Assembly (NCBI GenBank): GCA_013239625.1
Contig: MU053917.1
Span: 20,170-84,169, forward strand
Direction of reading: 5' to 3'
Origin: Lama guanicoe
Taxonomy: Eukaryota
DNA: 64,000 nt
Shown here: positions 1 through 11,345 of the stretch, piece by piece
Layout of the letters: every line of letters begins with the position of its first letter
How positions within the stretch are numbered: the first letter of the stretch is position 1
Position numbers and translations under genes: made by a program
The notes under the pieces: generated by a model
The model's input: the letters and a program-made list of their open reading frames with translations, nothing else
Told to the model about the DNA's origin: nothing
The model's database searches: none

Positions 1-51
1 CTTTAACCCAATCATATATGGATTAGTTACTATTGCTTAACCATAACTTAC

Positions 52-72
52 TTCTATTTCCTCAGCCAAGTT
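52..72 (-). other. Candidate 21-nt micro-exon (NLAEEIE in phase 0) of the unidentified minus-strand gene
   Basis: Minus strand reads tttgctgcttag|AACTTGGCTGAGGAAATAGAA|gtaagt: AG acceptor, consensus donor, length divisible by 3. Confidence 0.35.
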
Positions 73-959
73 CTAAGCAGCAAATGTATTTTTAAATTTG
101 GGAACATTTTCTCAGTAAACTTCTAAAATATCAAGTTATAATCAATCTTTTCAAATTAGATTTTACTGAGTCAACTGGATGGGTAAATTTCTAACATAAG
201 ATAACAGTGTTCTTTTTCTACAAAATTTCCCTCAAGAGACTTGTATTCAATACAGCAGATAATTAGTAATTCTCAAAATGCAAAATAGAATTTAATGTTA
301 ATAACCCCACTCTACAAATTTGTAAAAACTAACCACTCCTATGCTCCCTGCTCTTATTACCAACAGAGTTCACCTTAATTTTAATTATGTAGAACAGTTC
401 ATCAATCTTACAACAAAAAGAATCATCTGCTCTACATTTTAAAGACATATATGATAAGAAACACAGAAAACAAACTCATCTTCCAATCACCTAACACAAC
501 CTAAAGTTACAAAATAGGGACTAACCCCAAGGCAGTGTTAAGTCCTAAAGAAACAAAACAAAACAACAAAAAAAAAACCCTCTCAGTTACTCAATACATG
601 CTAATTAAGTGTTGAAAGTACTTCTTCACCATCTACTATGGTGATTTGAGCCATTTTCCAAGGAGTGGTATTCATTTGAAGCATGTAACTATGTAAGTAA
701 TAAATACTATGAAAATTTAATTCCTTTGGTTAGGGAGGAAATATGAAATGTGTACTTAGTCAAATTACAAAAGAAATGTTCCTTTTTGACAGTTTTGACC
801 AATTCACTATCAGATAGTGAAATTGCCTTTTTAGAATCAATGTGTGTGTATAAGATTTCCAAAGTTAAAACATCCCCATTCTATTCTAACATATGTAAGA
901 CAGTAATTTATGAATAATTTATGATAATGCTCCAAGTACTATGCTATGAATTTTATTTA

Positions 960-1052
960 TTTTTAAAAATTCTTTTTAATTTAATTTAATTTTTAAATTA
1001 TTTATTTAATCTGGGGGGGTAATTAGGTTTACTGATTTATTCATTTTTAGAG
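960..1052 (-). mobile_element. Camelid-type tRNA-derived SINE, 3' tail only
   Basis: T-rich tail followed by ggggggtaattaggtttactgatttattc, the reverse complement of the recalled AAATAAACCTAATTACCTCCCC tail of camelid SINEs. Confidence 0.55.
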
Positions 1053-2095
1053 AATATTCATTTCTCTAGAGAATTCACATTTATTCATTCTTTTATATGT
1101 GCTTCTTAGACTCAACATGGGTTTAGAGAAATTATGAAAATGATTAGATGTAGACCTTCAATCTTAAATAACTCAGTTCAACCACTGCAGACAACCATGC
1201 AAAAAAAAAAATCAGGTGCATGTATATGTTCTATAAATAAACATTGTTTTTATGCAAGAAGTTGAATTTTTCATGACTGACAATAAACACAAGGAAAGGA
1301 AATTCAGTCTAGGTTGAAAGAGCTAGAAGATTCATTTCACCATGTTTTTACTTCGTTTCCAATTTTGCTATAAAGGTTATTAGGGCTTTGGAAGAAACTG
1401 GCCAGTCCGTTATCTCAGGCACATTGTTAGTAGCATCTCCATAATTGGACGTTCATCAGGCTTTCTTGAGCCACATGGGCGCTGTCTCTCTCCCTCTCCC
1501 CCCTTCTCCCCTCACCCGCCCCCTTCTTGCTTTCCTTATTTTTCTTCCACTCCTTTTCAGGGGAACTCCCAAAATATGTTTTAGTAATTTTTTTTTCATA
1601 ACAAATGTGAGGGAAGCTCTAGGCAAATATGGTTTAAAAAAAAAAGAAAGATTATTTCTTGATTTCCAGGGGCGGAAAGATAGTTTTAAACAGAAACAAG
1701 AAAGAGATCAGGGATTCAGCTGGAGATGAAAATAGCTGTATTCATTAAGGAGAGCCATGCAAACAGCTGTAAATTTCGATAATAAGCAAGGAAAGATATT
1801 TGAATTTCATTAGGCTCTTTTCCTCTATAGTTAGCAGATGTCTCACCTTCTAAAATTACTTCAATTGTGATTCACCACAATAAGCGTGTAATTGACACTG
1901 AAGAGTGTTCACTAGGTGAGAGAAGTTGATGAAACAAGCCAGGAGAGGGGACTGGAAAGTGTGAGAAGGAACACATTCCACTTGGGAAGATATTTTCGGA
2001 GATGTAATATGGGGGAGGATGTCAATCGATTAGGTGATGCGGGTTCAAGACTCGCATGCGGAAGCGAAGTCACCAGGATGTTTTTTGGTCATGGA

Positions 2096-2350
2096 CATTC
2101 ATTCATTCATTAAATCATTATTGATTGAACACCTGTTGTGTTTTGGCTTCTTTACCAGATACTGGGAGAACTGTTCGCTGGGAACGCAGTTTCTGGATTC
2201 AAGCATTATATTCTCTAGAAGGTGAGAGAAGAATAAAATGTAATGAGCTCTAATTACGGGGAGAAGTAGAAGTACTGTTGGCATTGCTGTGCAGGGCGTG
2301 GGGTGGGGGAAGGGGTCTGTGACCCAGGCTGGGCACAGGCTCAGTGCCAT
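2096..2350 (-). mobile_element. LINE-2 3' end fragment (ancient)
   Basis: (ttca)n start followed by ttattgattgaacacctgttgtg, typical of the reverse-complemented L2 3' terminus; boundaries approximate. Confidence 0.5.
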
Positions 2351-2836
2351 GGCCTTTGTTCTTGCTTGGGTTGCTGGCTATGCAAGCAGTTACAGTGGAG
2401 CATAATTATTGCCCTTATGGCAAGATGTTCCAATACTATGCTCCATGGGGAGTACACTAGGCGCGCTTATTCATTCTAAATGGATGTGTCAGGGAAGGCA
2501 CATGAAAGGAGAAATAGAAACCAAGTCCAGAACAGTTAGCAAGAGTCTGCAAGTTGAACTATTTAGGGAGACAGTCCATGATTCTTTTGAGTAGAGTGTC
2601 AAAAGGTAAGAAAGAAATTTAGGTGAATTGAGCATTGCCAGAGTTGAACTGTTGGTGGAGTCGTGTTATAAAATGAGATACACAGAAACAGAGAGGATGA
2701 TCAACAGAGGATCCTTTGGATCATACATAGAGGCTCAATGAATATTTGATGAATGAGTCTTAGATTGTGATACGGTAATTGCTGTAATTGAGAACTAGAT
2801 CATGGCTGTTAATAGTTGTAAGTGAGATATTCACAC

Positions 2837-2915
2837 CTCTTTAAAGAAGTATCAGTTTTTTCCACCTGAGGGGGTATATCCATGTCACTGGGCTGTGCAG
2901 TTACTATCCTAGAGC
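2837..2915 (-). pseudogene. Candidate exon (SRIVTAQPSDMDIPPQVEKTDTSLK) of the unidentified minus-strand gene
   Basis: Strong acceptor tttattttttatctctcaccag|, open in phase 1, donor AG|gtgtga (alternative CAG|gtggaa ending at 2866); in frame with the 30-nt exon upstream. Confidence 0.55.
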
Positions 2916-3018
2916 CTGGTGAGAGATAAAAAAATAAAGTGGCAAAGAGCATCTGACAAAGAGCGTGAAAGCAATGAGTAAACTGGGGCAACATTTGCAA
3001 CACATGAAGCTGGCGCAC

Positions 3019-3048
3019 GCCAGTGCCTTCCTGTTACTGCCTTATATT
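3019..3048 (-). pseudogene. Candidate 30-nt phase-1 micro-exon (YKAVTGRHW)
   Basis: Acceptor ttttttttttctgctttgcag|, weak donor gtgcgc; symmetric length; joins in frame to 2915-2837. Confidence 0.5.
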
Positions 3049-3136
3049 CTGCAAAGCAGAAAAAAAAAATCAGTTGGCTCAAATCTGAAAAGCTGAAGTG
3101 CTACTTGTTGGTTTACTAAATGTCTAGACCACTTAC

Positions 3137-3211
3137 TCCATCATCCTCCTGGTCTCGCTGGAGCAGCTCCTCAGCCTGACTGTCCCCGTTGTTAGTTTTG
3201 CAGTGTATTGA
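3137..3211 (-). pseudogene. Candidate 75-nt exon; phase-1 reading NTLQN*QRGQSG*GAAPARPGG*W has three stops
   Basis: Acceptor gtgttctttcag|, consensus donor gtaagt, symmetric length. The stops TAA/TGA/TGA are each one C-to-T change from CAA/CGA/CGA. The phase-0 reading is open. Confidence 0.5.
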
Positions 3212-4131
3212 CTGAAAGAACACTTTTAGGTGACTTATGCTTCCTAGGACCTAGGGTAAGTTCCAGTGGGGGTAGATTTGTTTATGTCCCCTGAATTGTT
3301 TTTATGAATGCAATTCCCATATTTTCAAGCCCTACAGTTTTCATGCTCAGCTGACGGTAGAGTTAAGGGTAGAGAGATTCCTTGATTGTTAAACAGCTAG
3401 TGGTTTCAGATGCATAGACATTTCCTTCCAATTCAGATCTTCATACTGAGGCTAATTTAGTTCCTTACAATAACATATTTTAAGGTCCTTTTTTTTTATT
3501 AAAGCAGGAATTAGAATAATTATCATTTAGAAAATGCTGCTTAATATAAAAGGAATTCCAAAGAAATTATAATCGCTCTGTAAAATGGAAGGTAGAAAGC
3601 ACTAAAAAATTCATGACTATGAGAAAAATATGCTTCAATAAAAATGCGTGTGGAGCCAAGTTGTGTTTTAGAATAGAGCTCGGAGTGTTGTGTTTGCATC
3701 GAAATGAGCTCCCAAAACAGAAAATCCTGATTAAAAAAAAAATCCCCTAAAGTAATGATAAACATATTTCCTATAATTGAACAGCAAACACCTAATATGG
3801 ATCAATAGTGTGTATGGTACCAGATCCTCGTTTGCTGTTTGCCTATGCTGGTGAATGTAGCCCCACTTCTAGGTATAATGTAAAACAAAAGTTCATGTGC
3901 CCCCAGCCATGGCATAGAGTGAAGGGTCATTACAGTTGTGAGGAGTGTTTCTCAACAGGATCATTTTTGGTATTTTGGGTGGGGGTGCCCTTTGTAGCGT
4001 GGGACTTTAACACTGCACAACGTGAATCAGCCCTGGCCCCACAGAACTTCACGATGATCGGAACATCCAAACTGGCTTCTAGGAAAGATCATCTGGTGAT
4101 ACAGCTTTCTGCTCAGATCAACTGATGTGGA

Positions 4132-4350
4132 ATAGGGGCTGGCGACCTTTTTCTGTAAAGAGCCAGGTACTACATATTTTCAGGTCGGTGAGCCAAACAC
4201 TCTCTGTTACAACTACTCAGTACTACTCTTGGAGCAAGAAATCAACCATAAGCAATAGGAAAAAGAGTGGCTGTGTTTCAATAAAACTTTATTTACAAAA
4301 GCAGGTGGTTGACAGGATTCACCTGTGGGCTGCACTGTGCCAGCCCCGCT
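4132..4350 (+). mobile_element. MER58A-like hAT-Charlie MITE
   Basis: aggggctggcgaccttttctgtaaagagccag ... ggctgtgtttcaataaaactttatttacaaaagcaggtgg ... tgccagcccc matches the recalled MER58A structure, with inverted ends. Confidence 0.8.
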
Positions 4351-5192
4351 GTATGTGCTGCAAGTCTGCCAATGTCAACATCAGGGATGTTACTCGGAAG
4401 CCATCAGTAATAGGTCAGTTAGGAGGCTTTTGAGCTGCAAGTAATATGAAATCATATCTACCATTTCTAAAGGCAGGGTGGCTTCAGCCTTGGCCAGTGG
4501 AATGTATTATCGTCATAAAAGACCCAAGTGCCTTCCTTCTTTCTGCTTTGTTATCCTCAGCTGTTGGAGGCTACCGAGTGGACGCAGCAGTGTCACGTGC
4601 TGTTACAGCAGCGCACAGGGAGGAATGACGTGCCTGTCTGTCCCCTAGGAAAACCTTCCCCAGAAGTCCTTAGCTGACCTGCTGTCAGATCCCAACTTCA
4701 ACTAAAAGGGCAAAGTGGAAATTCCAGTCATGTGGAAGTCCACTTAATTGAGCAGGACCCAGCCCTGACCCAAAGCTGTGGATGCACAGTATTTGAGTGA
4801 ACTGAGGTTGTGTTCAAGAGGAAGAGCCCCAGGCTTTGGGGGTTAGTGCAGGACCACGTCTATGAGATGCAGTATTTTCCTTGCCAGTTACATTATCGTT
4901 TCAACCTAATCTGTACTCAGTGCTGTTTGAGGCCCTTTGTTTTCCACTGTTCCTCATCTATTCAGAGGGAGGGTTCATGCATGCCTGTTTGGGGGCACAG
5001 GAGAGACAGGAGCCTGGATCAAGGTTCTACCCACTGACTGTGGGTAATTTCTCTCAAGTACTGAAGAGCCACCTGTCGTGAGGTCAGAAACACCAGTGTG
5101 TGAAAGACCACGTTTAAATTTGGTTAACAAAGATTACTTGGCGGTCCGTACAGAATATTTTAAATAAGCCCCCGATAGTCACACATAGTTAC

Positions 5193-5219
5193 CATATCAT
5201 TTGGTTTGCACTATAAGAA
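5193..5219 (-). pseudogene. Candidate 27-nt phase-1 micro-exon (LIVQTK*Y)
   Basis: aattattttcag|TTCTTATAGTGCAAACCAAATGATATG|gtaact; the TGA could derive from CGA. Confidence 0.45.
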
Positions 5220-5361
5220 CTGAAAATAATTGGTTGCAAGGCATTCACTGAAATGTTGTAACTATGCATGTCAGTCTCAAATGCGAATGCAGAAGGCCAT
5301 CTGGTTCTTCCAGGCTCATGAAGGTGCCGCCCTGTAATTTCAGATGAAGCGGGTGACTTGC

Positions 5362-5385
5362 CTGCCGAGACAGTCACTTCGGCGT
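5362..5385 (-). pseudogene. Candidate 24-nt phase-1 micro-exon (AEVTVSA) with a GC donor
   Basis: tctgtatttttcag|ACGCCGAAGTGACTGTCTCGGCAG|gcaagt; strong acceptor and CAG|gcaagt donor. Confidence 0.45.
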
Positions 5386-5515
5386 CTGAAAAATACAGAT
5401 ATAAGCAAAGACTGGTTTTCCCACTGCGTGTGCTGTGTTCCCTGCATTACGTCCTGACCCTCCTGGAGCGGAGTGCCTTCTCAGAAGACCTGATGCTTGT
5501 CAGTAGGGATGGCTC

Positions 5516-5610
5516 TCATTCGAGTTCTGAATTTTTTCCTGGAGTTGCTCCAGAATCCTGAGCTCTCGAAGCTGTCGGCATTGGGGTAGAACAACTTCCT
5601 TTAGATGCGC
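5516..5610 (-). pseudogene. Possible exon (ASKGSCSTPMPTASRAQDSGATPGKNSELE); donor not identified
   Basis: Acceptor aacacag| at 5611, open in phase 1 until TGA at 5516-5518; 3' end uncertain. Confidence 0.25.
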
Positions 5611-5734
5611 CTGTGTTCACTTTAGTGAAGAATGACACTAATGTCTTGTGGGTAGATTCATTCAGGAGGCCTTGTTTTGCATCCCTGTGATGTCTTTGCA
5701 TTACATCAGCCTCTTTTATGCTAATTGTTTATGT

Positions 5735-6840
5735 ATGTGTTTATTAAAAATATCGAATTCGCAGTGTTGTCCTCAAGGATTCTGACATTCCAGCGTGATA
5801 GAGACAAATGATTGAACAATTGAAATGGAGTGTGAACAGGGCTCACTGAGAGGAAGCAGGGTGTGCTCCGAGAGCAAGGCTGGGTCTAAGACGTTCAAGA
5901 AATGACGTGTTTCAGAGCATAACGGAGAGTAAGGCAAGTGAAGAAAACAGGGAGACGCTCCCCTGTGGGAGGAAAGACACGATCAGAGGCTGAGAGGTGC
6001 CAGGACGTGGCGTGTGCCGAGGACAAGGCGCGCTGCACTAAATCTCGAGTTCATGGAGACTTGAGATGCGAGCCGGATGGATGCTATGTAATGAATCAAT
6101 ACTGAAGGCCAGCAGATATAATTGGAGCTTTATTCTTCTGCCGTGGAAGTCAGCAGAGGCTTTTCAACACAGAGTAACATGGTGTAGTTTTTACTTCGAG
6201 GGAAAAAAAAAACCCTGCTGCGTAGAGGAGGAATCAGAGCAGGGGCTAAGACTGAAGGCAACATGACTGGTCCAGAGACTTTTCAATAATCTGAGGAAGA
6301 AATAATGACGGCCTTGTTTAAGGCAGTGGTGATAGAGAAAAAAAAGTGGTATTTATGAAATATCAAGAGAATTCTTTTGACCTAATGAATATTTTGATGC
6401 AGGAGGTAAGCGAAAGGAAAAGGAATTAAAATGACTCCTACATTTCAGACGGGGCTTGATGGATACATAGCGGTTCTGCTCCGATGACAGAGGAGTTGGA
6501 CCAATTTGGAGGGAAAGGTGATGAGTTCACTCTTAAGTGTGTTGACTTGGAAGGGTTTGGAAAACTAGTAAATGATTGCTTCCAGGGGGCTGGAATCCAG
6601 GCGGAAGCCCTGAGCTAGAGAAATAGATTTGGGAGTTTTCAACAGAATATAAGCTACAGACATGAATGGCAGCAGCCGGATACTGTGTGTAGGGCAGGGA
6701 AGGACTGAGAACAGGATGCCAGAAGGGTAGAGGAAGACCAGGAGAGAATGGTGTCTTTGAAACCATGGCCAGAGCACCATATTAATATTGTCAAATACTG
6801 CTGAGAATTCAAGTAAGGTAACTGAAAAGGAGGCCACTGG
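5735..6840 (-). mobile_element. Degraded LINE-2 body
   Basis: Purine-rich stretch with L2-like phrases (ggagctttattcttctg, gagatttgggagt, gaagaccaggagagaatggtgtc); boundaries approximate. Confidence 0.5.
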
Positions 6841-8035
6841 GTATTTTGAGGTGATAGATTTATCTTTATTTAGATAAGGTATATATGATCATTATATAAG
6901 TTGAATATATATATATATATATAAGTTGAGTATATATATTCAACTTACATAATGATCTATATATAGTGAAAATATGTGTTTAGTGAAAAATATATATAAT
7001 GTATAATTTAAGAATTTCCCTAAATCCCAACACCCAGCATAACTATTGTTAACATTTTGATGCATATTTTTCCAGACTTTTTCTATATGTAAATGCATTC
7101 TCTATCTAGCTATATCTAGATATATATGTATATATAACAGAAGAGTTCCTACTCTAAAAATATGAGACGCTGCATGAATTTGCTTGTCATTCTTGCCCAA
7201 AGACCACGATCACCTTCTCCACATCCTTCCAGTTTTAGTATATAAGCTGGGGAAGCACATGGCGTCCACTGCATCAAGCAACTAGGAGACCATTTGTAAC
7301 TTTGCAAGGCTAATTTCGGTGGAATGGTGCGGGTAGGAGCCAGATTGTGCGGGGTGGGGAATGGGTAGGCAGGGAGGAAACGGAACAAACATTAGAGCCT
7401 GCCCTCTCAAAGAAACAGGCTGTGAAGGGAAAGAGAAATAGAAGATGTCAAGAAAGGAGTAGGATGGAGAGCGTTTATTTTTTCTTTTATATTTTCGTTG
7501 TTTAGTTGGACAGGACTTCCCACTGACTAGAAGGAGCCAGCAAAGGGAGATGAAATGAGGATACGATGGAGAGGCTGTGATTGATGGATCTGGGAGTCAG
7601 GAAGGGATGGGGTAGAGGAATCAGGAACCGAACCCCATCTTCCAAGAAGGCCAGTAGGAGGGAGGTGAAGGTGGGAAGAGATGCTGCTACGTTTGGGGAT
7701 GGGTCACCTCAGAACGAAGATGGCTGGTACCCACATGTAGTCAGTTATTTGATGGAAGTCTTTCTGAACGTGTGTGAAACCAAGGGCTGCCACATTGGAT
7801 ACGATCCATTATCTGTCCCCTCGTATCCCGAGAGTGGTGCCAAGAGATGTATGTTAGAAAGGTCTGGCCTTCTCTGACAAAGTGAAACCTCGGGAACGGT
7901 CCCCAAACGCTCTGGTTACCTTAAATAACCCACGAAGGAGTTATTGTCCACCTATTTCTGTCAAAGCTACTTGAAGCTGTGTGTTTTGGTTTTGTTTTTG
8001 TTTTTTCATTTGTCTGCCCCTCAAGACATACTAAC

Positions 8036-8175
8036 TGTGAAGTAAAGCATTTAACCAAGGGAAGTTGCTTTGTACAGTAGGAAAACGGATTTGAAACAAA
8101 TCTGGTCGAATTCCATTCACTTTGACAAAATAACGTCCTTGAGCTTTGGTTGTCTTCCCTTGTGAGACTGGGATC
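8036..8175 (-). pseudogene. Candidate exon IPVSQGKTTKAQGRYFVKVNGIRPDLFQIRFPTVQSNFPWLNALLH (resembles the C-terminal part of a PH domain)
   Basis: Branch-point-like cactaac and a pyrimidine tract upstream, acceptor gtgacag|, open frame (in ORF 8031..8240), donor A|gttagt; W-x-x-A-L helix pattern. Confidence 0.55.
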
Positions 8176-8315
8176 CTGTCACGTTGACCTCGTAGCGGAC
8201 AGGAGGTAGCGTAAGGTAATGATGGTGTTAGTGTCCCCACAGGCGGCTGTCCCGTACGCGTCTTGTCACTCCCGGTGTTTGAGGGCTCCTTTCAGTGCTG
8301 CACACCAGCACTTGC

Positions 8316-8488
8316 TGACAGAAGCAGGGAGCTCATGATAATGAAAATAAGCTTTGGTCAGTGAGCAAGAAAATTTTGGCTATTGCGAAATGTGAATATG
8401 ATGAAGCAGGTGGAAAGGACTAACCCCTGGCCATGCAGACTTCGCAGAGCCCGTCTGCATGTCCTGAAGGCCGTGGTACGTTTCATGT
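8316..8488 (-). pseudogene. Candidate exon (...GLVLSTCFIIFTFRNSQNFLLTDQSLFSLS*APCFC), disrupted
   Basis: Acceptor ttttgtaaaatacag|, GC donor gcaagt; phases fit both neighbouring candidate exons, but there is an in-frame TGA. Confidence 0.3.
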
Positions 8489-9024
8489 CTGTATTTTACA
8501 AAAGCGTTATCACCTCAGGTACCTGTTGTCTCATAAGCACCGAGTTAAATGCCACAGAGGACCAGAAGGAAACCTGGGTTATTGTTCCTTTTTTCACATG
8601 TGACTTTCCGTGACAACACGCTTAATGAGGTGATTTACCAGCAGGCATGTGTGGCTGGGTAGCGCTGGTGCTGAAATGTCAGTCCTCCCCACAAAAGACA
8701 CCTAAGCAAATACAATTGCTATAATGTGTTATGACCTTTCAAGTCCAGTAATTCAGTTGAAAGGGGCGAGGGTAACACAAGGCAGGTGAATTATCTCCCA
8801 TTGACTAAGCTGCCACCAGACGCCCAGCTGTACCCGCACGTTCTACCTGGTGAAGGACCCACTTTAAAATGGGAGAGGGGCGCTCAGAGAGGCAGCGGTG
8901 TCCGGCTTGAATCAGTTCTCGAGTTTCTGCAGCTTAACTCCTTGTTAACTCACCACAACCTGAATGGATTTAACTTTGACTTTAAAGATAAGAACTTGCT
9001 TAAAAGAATCCAAATCCCTTTGAA

Positions 9025-10368
9025 CGTAGTCCGGTGGCCTCAGAAGCGGGTGTGCAGGGTGCCCACTGGATTCGTGGCTTGGCGGCAAAACGCGCTTGGG
9101 AGGTCGCGGGGCGAAGGGTAGGGCCAGGCTGGGGGCGCCCTTATCCATGTTCAGCGATGATGACGGCCACCGCGAGGATGGTCCCGAGCACACAGCTGCT
9201 GTGCCCACCGCCAGGGAGATGGAGGAGAAGTTCCAGGCCTCGAGTGAAGCGGTGTCCCGGCTGACCCCAGGTCTCCGCGGGCCAAGGCCGCGGGTACCTG
9301 CGCGGGAGGGTGAGAGAGAGCGGGTCAGAGAGCTGCGTCCTCGGCCACAGGCCTCAGCCTTCCTCCTAGATACCCCCCCAAACGTCCAGCATTCCCTGGG
9401 AATAAGAAGGCCTCCTCTCCACACCCCGCCTCCATTCCCTCCACCAGCCCCCCCACCCCTGCACCAACTGGAGGATGGCAGTGATGCCCGCGGGCCACAA
9501 GCGGCGGCCGGAGGGCCGCACCCCGATGCGCACGAGGTCGTGCAGCGGTCGCGGGGGCTCCAGCAGGGCCGGCCCGGGGCCCCGGGAGGCCGGCGGAGCC
9601 TGGAATTCCCTCGGCTTCCCCCCGGGGGCCCGTCTGCATAGGGCTGTGGAAGGAGGGTGGTGGGGAGAGGCCGTCACTCTTACGCTCGCTGAGCCCACCA
9701 ACTGCACGTGTCTGGCCGAGACAGAAGGCTGTTTCCTTCTTTCAGACCGCCTCTGGGCTAGCAGGGCCTGATCTTCGAGCCGACGGACCGCTGGACACGC
9801 CCTCCCCCTCCAAAGGCCTTTCCCCTCGTCCCTCCCTCCCCGTGGCCCCAGAAGAGCGCCTTGCCCCCTACCCCACCAGCCCCCAGCCCCCAGCCCATCC
9901 CCAGTTCCCCTCCACTGCTCCAGCCAGGCCCGGGCAGCCGGGCGCGCGGGGTGCCCGCGGGGAAACCGGCAAGTGGGCGGGGCCGGGCGGCCGCCGAGGG
10001 AGGGGCCCGCAGCCCCTAGTTCAGTGCGCCCAAGCCGCGTGTGCGTGGGCAGGACCGGGCCTGCGCGGCCTGGGGGACGGGGGCGGACCGGGGGCTTGTG
10101 GCGGCGGGTCGGTCCCTGGTAGCGAGTGTCCTGCAGGTAAGGGTCGGGTGGCCTGCGGGGCAGGACGAGGTGGCCGCCGGGCGGGGTCCGGCTTGGTGTG
10201 GGGGGCTCGGCAAGGTGGCGGGGGACCGGGGAACCATACTGAGCGGTGGCCCCCGAAGCCAGGCCCCGTGCTCCTCAGCGCAGGTGGGTGGCGGTGGTGA
10301 CAGTAAGGGTGCAAAGAGGGGGCTGCGTGTTGGGGCAGCGTGGGAGGTTGGGCTGGGGGGCATTGTAG
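9025..10368 (-). pseudogene. PRRT1: Unprocessed, truncated PRRT1 (SynDIG4, CD225/dispanin family) pseudogene fragment: exon 2 part 10368-9950, exon 3 9643-9459, exon 4 from 9297 with stop at 9143-9141
   Basis: Minus-strand peptides YNAPQP, ATLPSPPHQA, PPDPYLQDTRYQG, PYADGPPGG, GPGPALLEPPRPLHD, WPAGITAILQLVQ, VPAALARGDLGSA, ASLEAWNFSSISLAVGTAA and LGTILAVAVIIA match recalled PRRT1 (YNAPQP, ATLPRPPHHA, PPDPYLQETRFEG, PYAGGTPGG, GPGLALLEPRRPPHD, WPTGIIAIFKAVQ, VRTALARGDMVSA, ASREARNFSFISLAVGIAA, LCTILTVVIIIA). Both introns keep their AG acceptors; both GT donors are lost; several frameshifts. Confidence 0.93.
9030..10345. promoter_or_regulatory. CpG island coinciding with the PRRT1 fragment
   Basis: Visibly very GC-rich with dense CpG over about 1.3 kb, between AT-richer flanks. 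Confidence 0.75.
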
Positions 10369-10650
10369 AAAAAAAGAAAACCCTAAAACAAAAAATGAAA
10401 CAAACGTATAGAGTAAGACACAGACTCATAAATACAGGGAGAACAAATCAGTGGTTACCTGTGGGGAGGGGGGTGTGGGGAGGGGCAAGATAGGGCAAGG
10501 GGCTTAAGAGGCACACACTGCTAGGTATAAAATAAGTAAGATGTGCCGATGTCATGTACAGCACGGGGAATATGGCCAATGTCCTATAACTTTGAATGCA
10601 ATATAATGAATAAAAATACCAAGTCACTATGTTGTACACCTGAACTATTC
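10369..10650 (+). mobile_element. LINE-1 3' UTR fragment abutting the 5' break of the PRRT1 fragment
   Basis: acagactcataaatacagggagaacaaatcagtggttacc ... gtataaaataag ... gtacagcacggggaatatggccaat ... cactatgttgtacacctgaa is a typical L1MA/artiodactyl 3' end. Confidence 0.85.
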
Positions 10651-10659
10651 TTCAGTATA

Positions 10660-11345
10660 AATACAGTGAATTTTTCACTGTTGGATACTATTTCATGATA
10701 TCAGCAGAATATTATTTATCATTCATTGTTGACAGATGTTTGCAATGTTACGGTGTTTACCTACAGTGAGCAGTGCCCCCAAAACCATTCTTTCCTGCAG
10801 CTAAAGCGCACGTACGGGAGTGTTTCTAGGTTGTGTGCGTACCATTGGAATCACCAGATCATAGGTTATGCCCAAGTTCAGCTTTGCTAGGTGGTCCCAA
10901 CTCGGGTTTCTTTTTTTTTTCCCGGTTAGTTTGACCAGTTGATAGCTGCTTCTGCAGTGTGCGAACGTTTCCATTGCTCCTCGTGCTCACCAATATTTGC
11001 TGTTAACTTGAAACGCCTGCTAATATGGTCTGTGTGAAATGGAATGCTTTTGTGCTTTTAGTCTCCGTTTCCCTGATAACTGAGATTGAAGCTCTTTTAA
11101 TATGTTTGGAAGCCATCTGGGCCGGTTCTTTGGTTAAAATTTTTTTGTTCCTTTTGCCCATCTTGAGTTATCTGTTGATACCGGTTTGTAAGTGTTGTTT
11201 ATCTAATCTTGGTATTGAGTCTTTATCATTAGTATGCATTTCCCAGCTTATAGCTTGTCTATGTTGCTTTTGGATAACATATTCTATACTTTTTAATATA
11301 GTTGAAAGCCAACCTGAGTTTTTGCTTTGTAAGATTTTGTGTTTT
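10660..11345 (-). mobile_element. Old L1M fragment (ORF2 end / 3' UTR), degraded
   Basis: tttccattgctcctcgtgctcaccaatattt and tttccctgataactgagattgaagctcttttaatatgttt are reverse-strand L1 signatures. Confidence 0.65.

Noticed and set aside
52..5610. TSBP1/C6orf10 or butyrophilin, suggested by micro-exons near a PRRT1 sequence
   Set aside because: The peptides do not resemble those proteins as I recall them; left unnamed.
8848..8980. Additional tiny minus-strand exon candidates (donor-like sites near 8951 and 8847)
   Set aside because: Phases could not be reconciled with the neighbouring exons; too weak to list.
9025..10368. PRRT1 as a functional gene or a processed retrocopy
   Set aside because: Frameshifts, lost donors and missing 5' end exclude function; retained introns and no poly(A) argue against a standard retrocopy.
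9034..10493. Many overlapping 76-181 aa ORFs, including 9096..9641 (+)
   Set aside because: Stop-poor GC-rich DNA; the real signal is the frameshifted PRRT1 homology on the minus strand.
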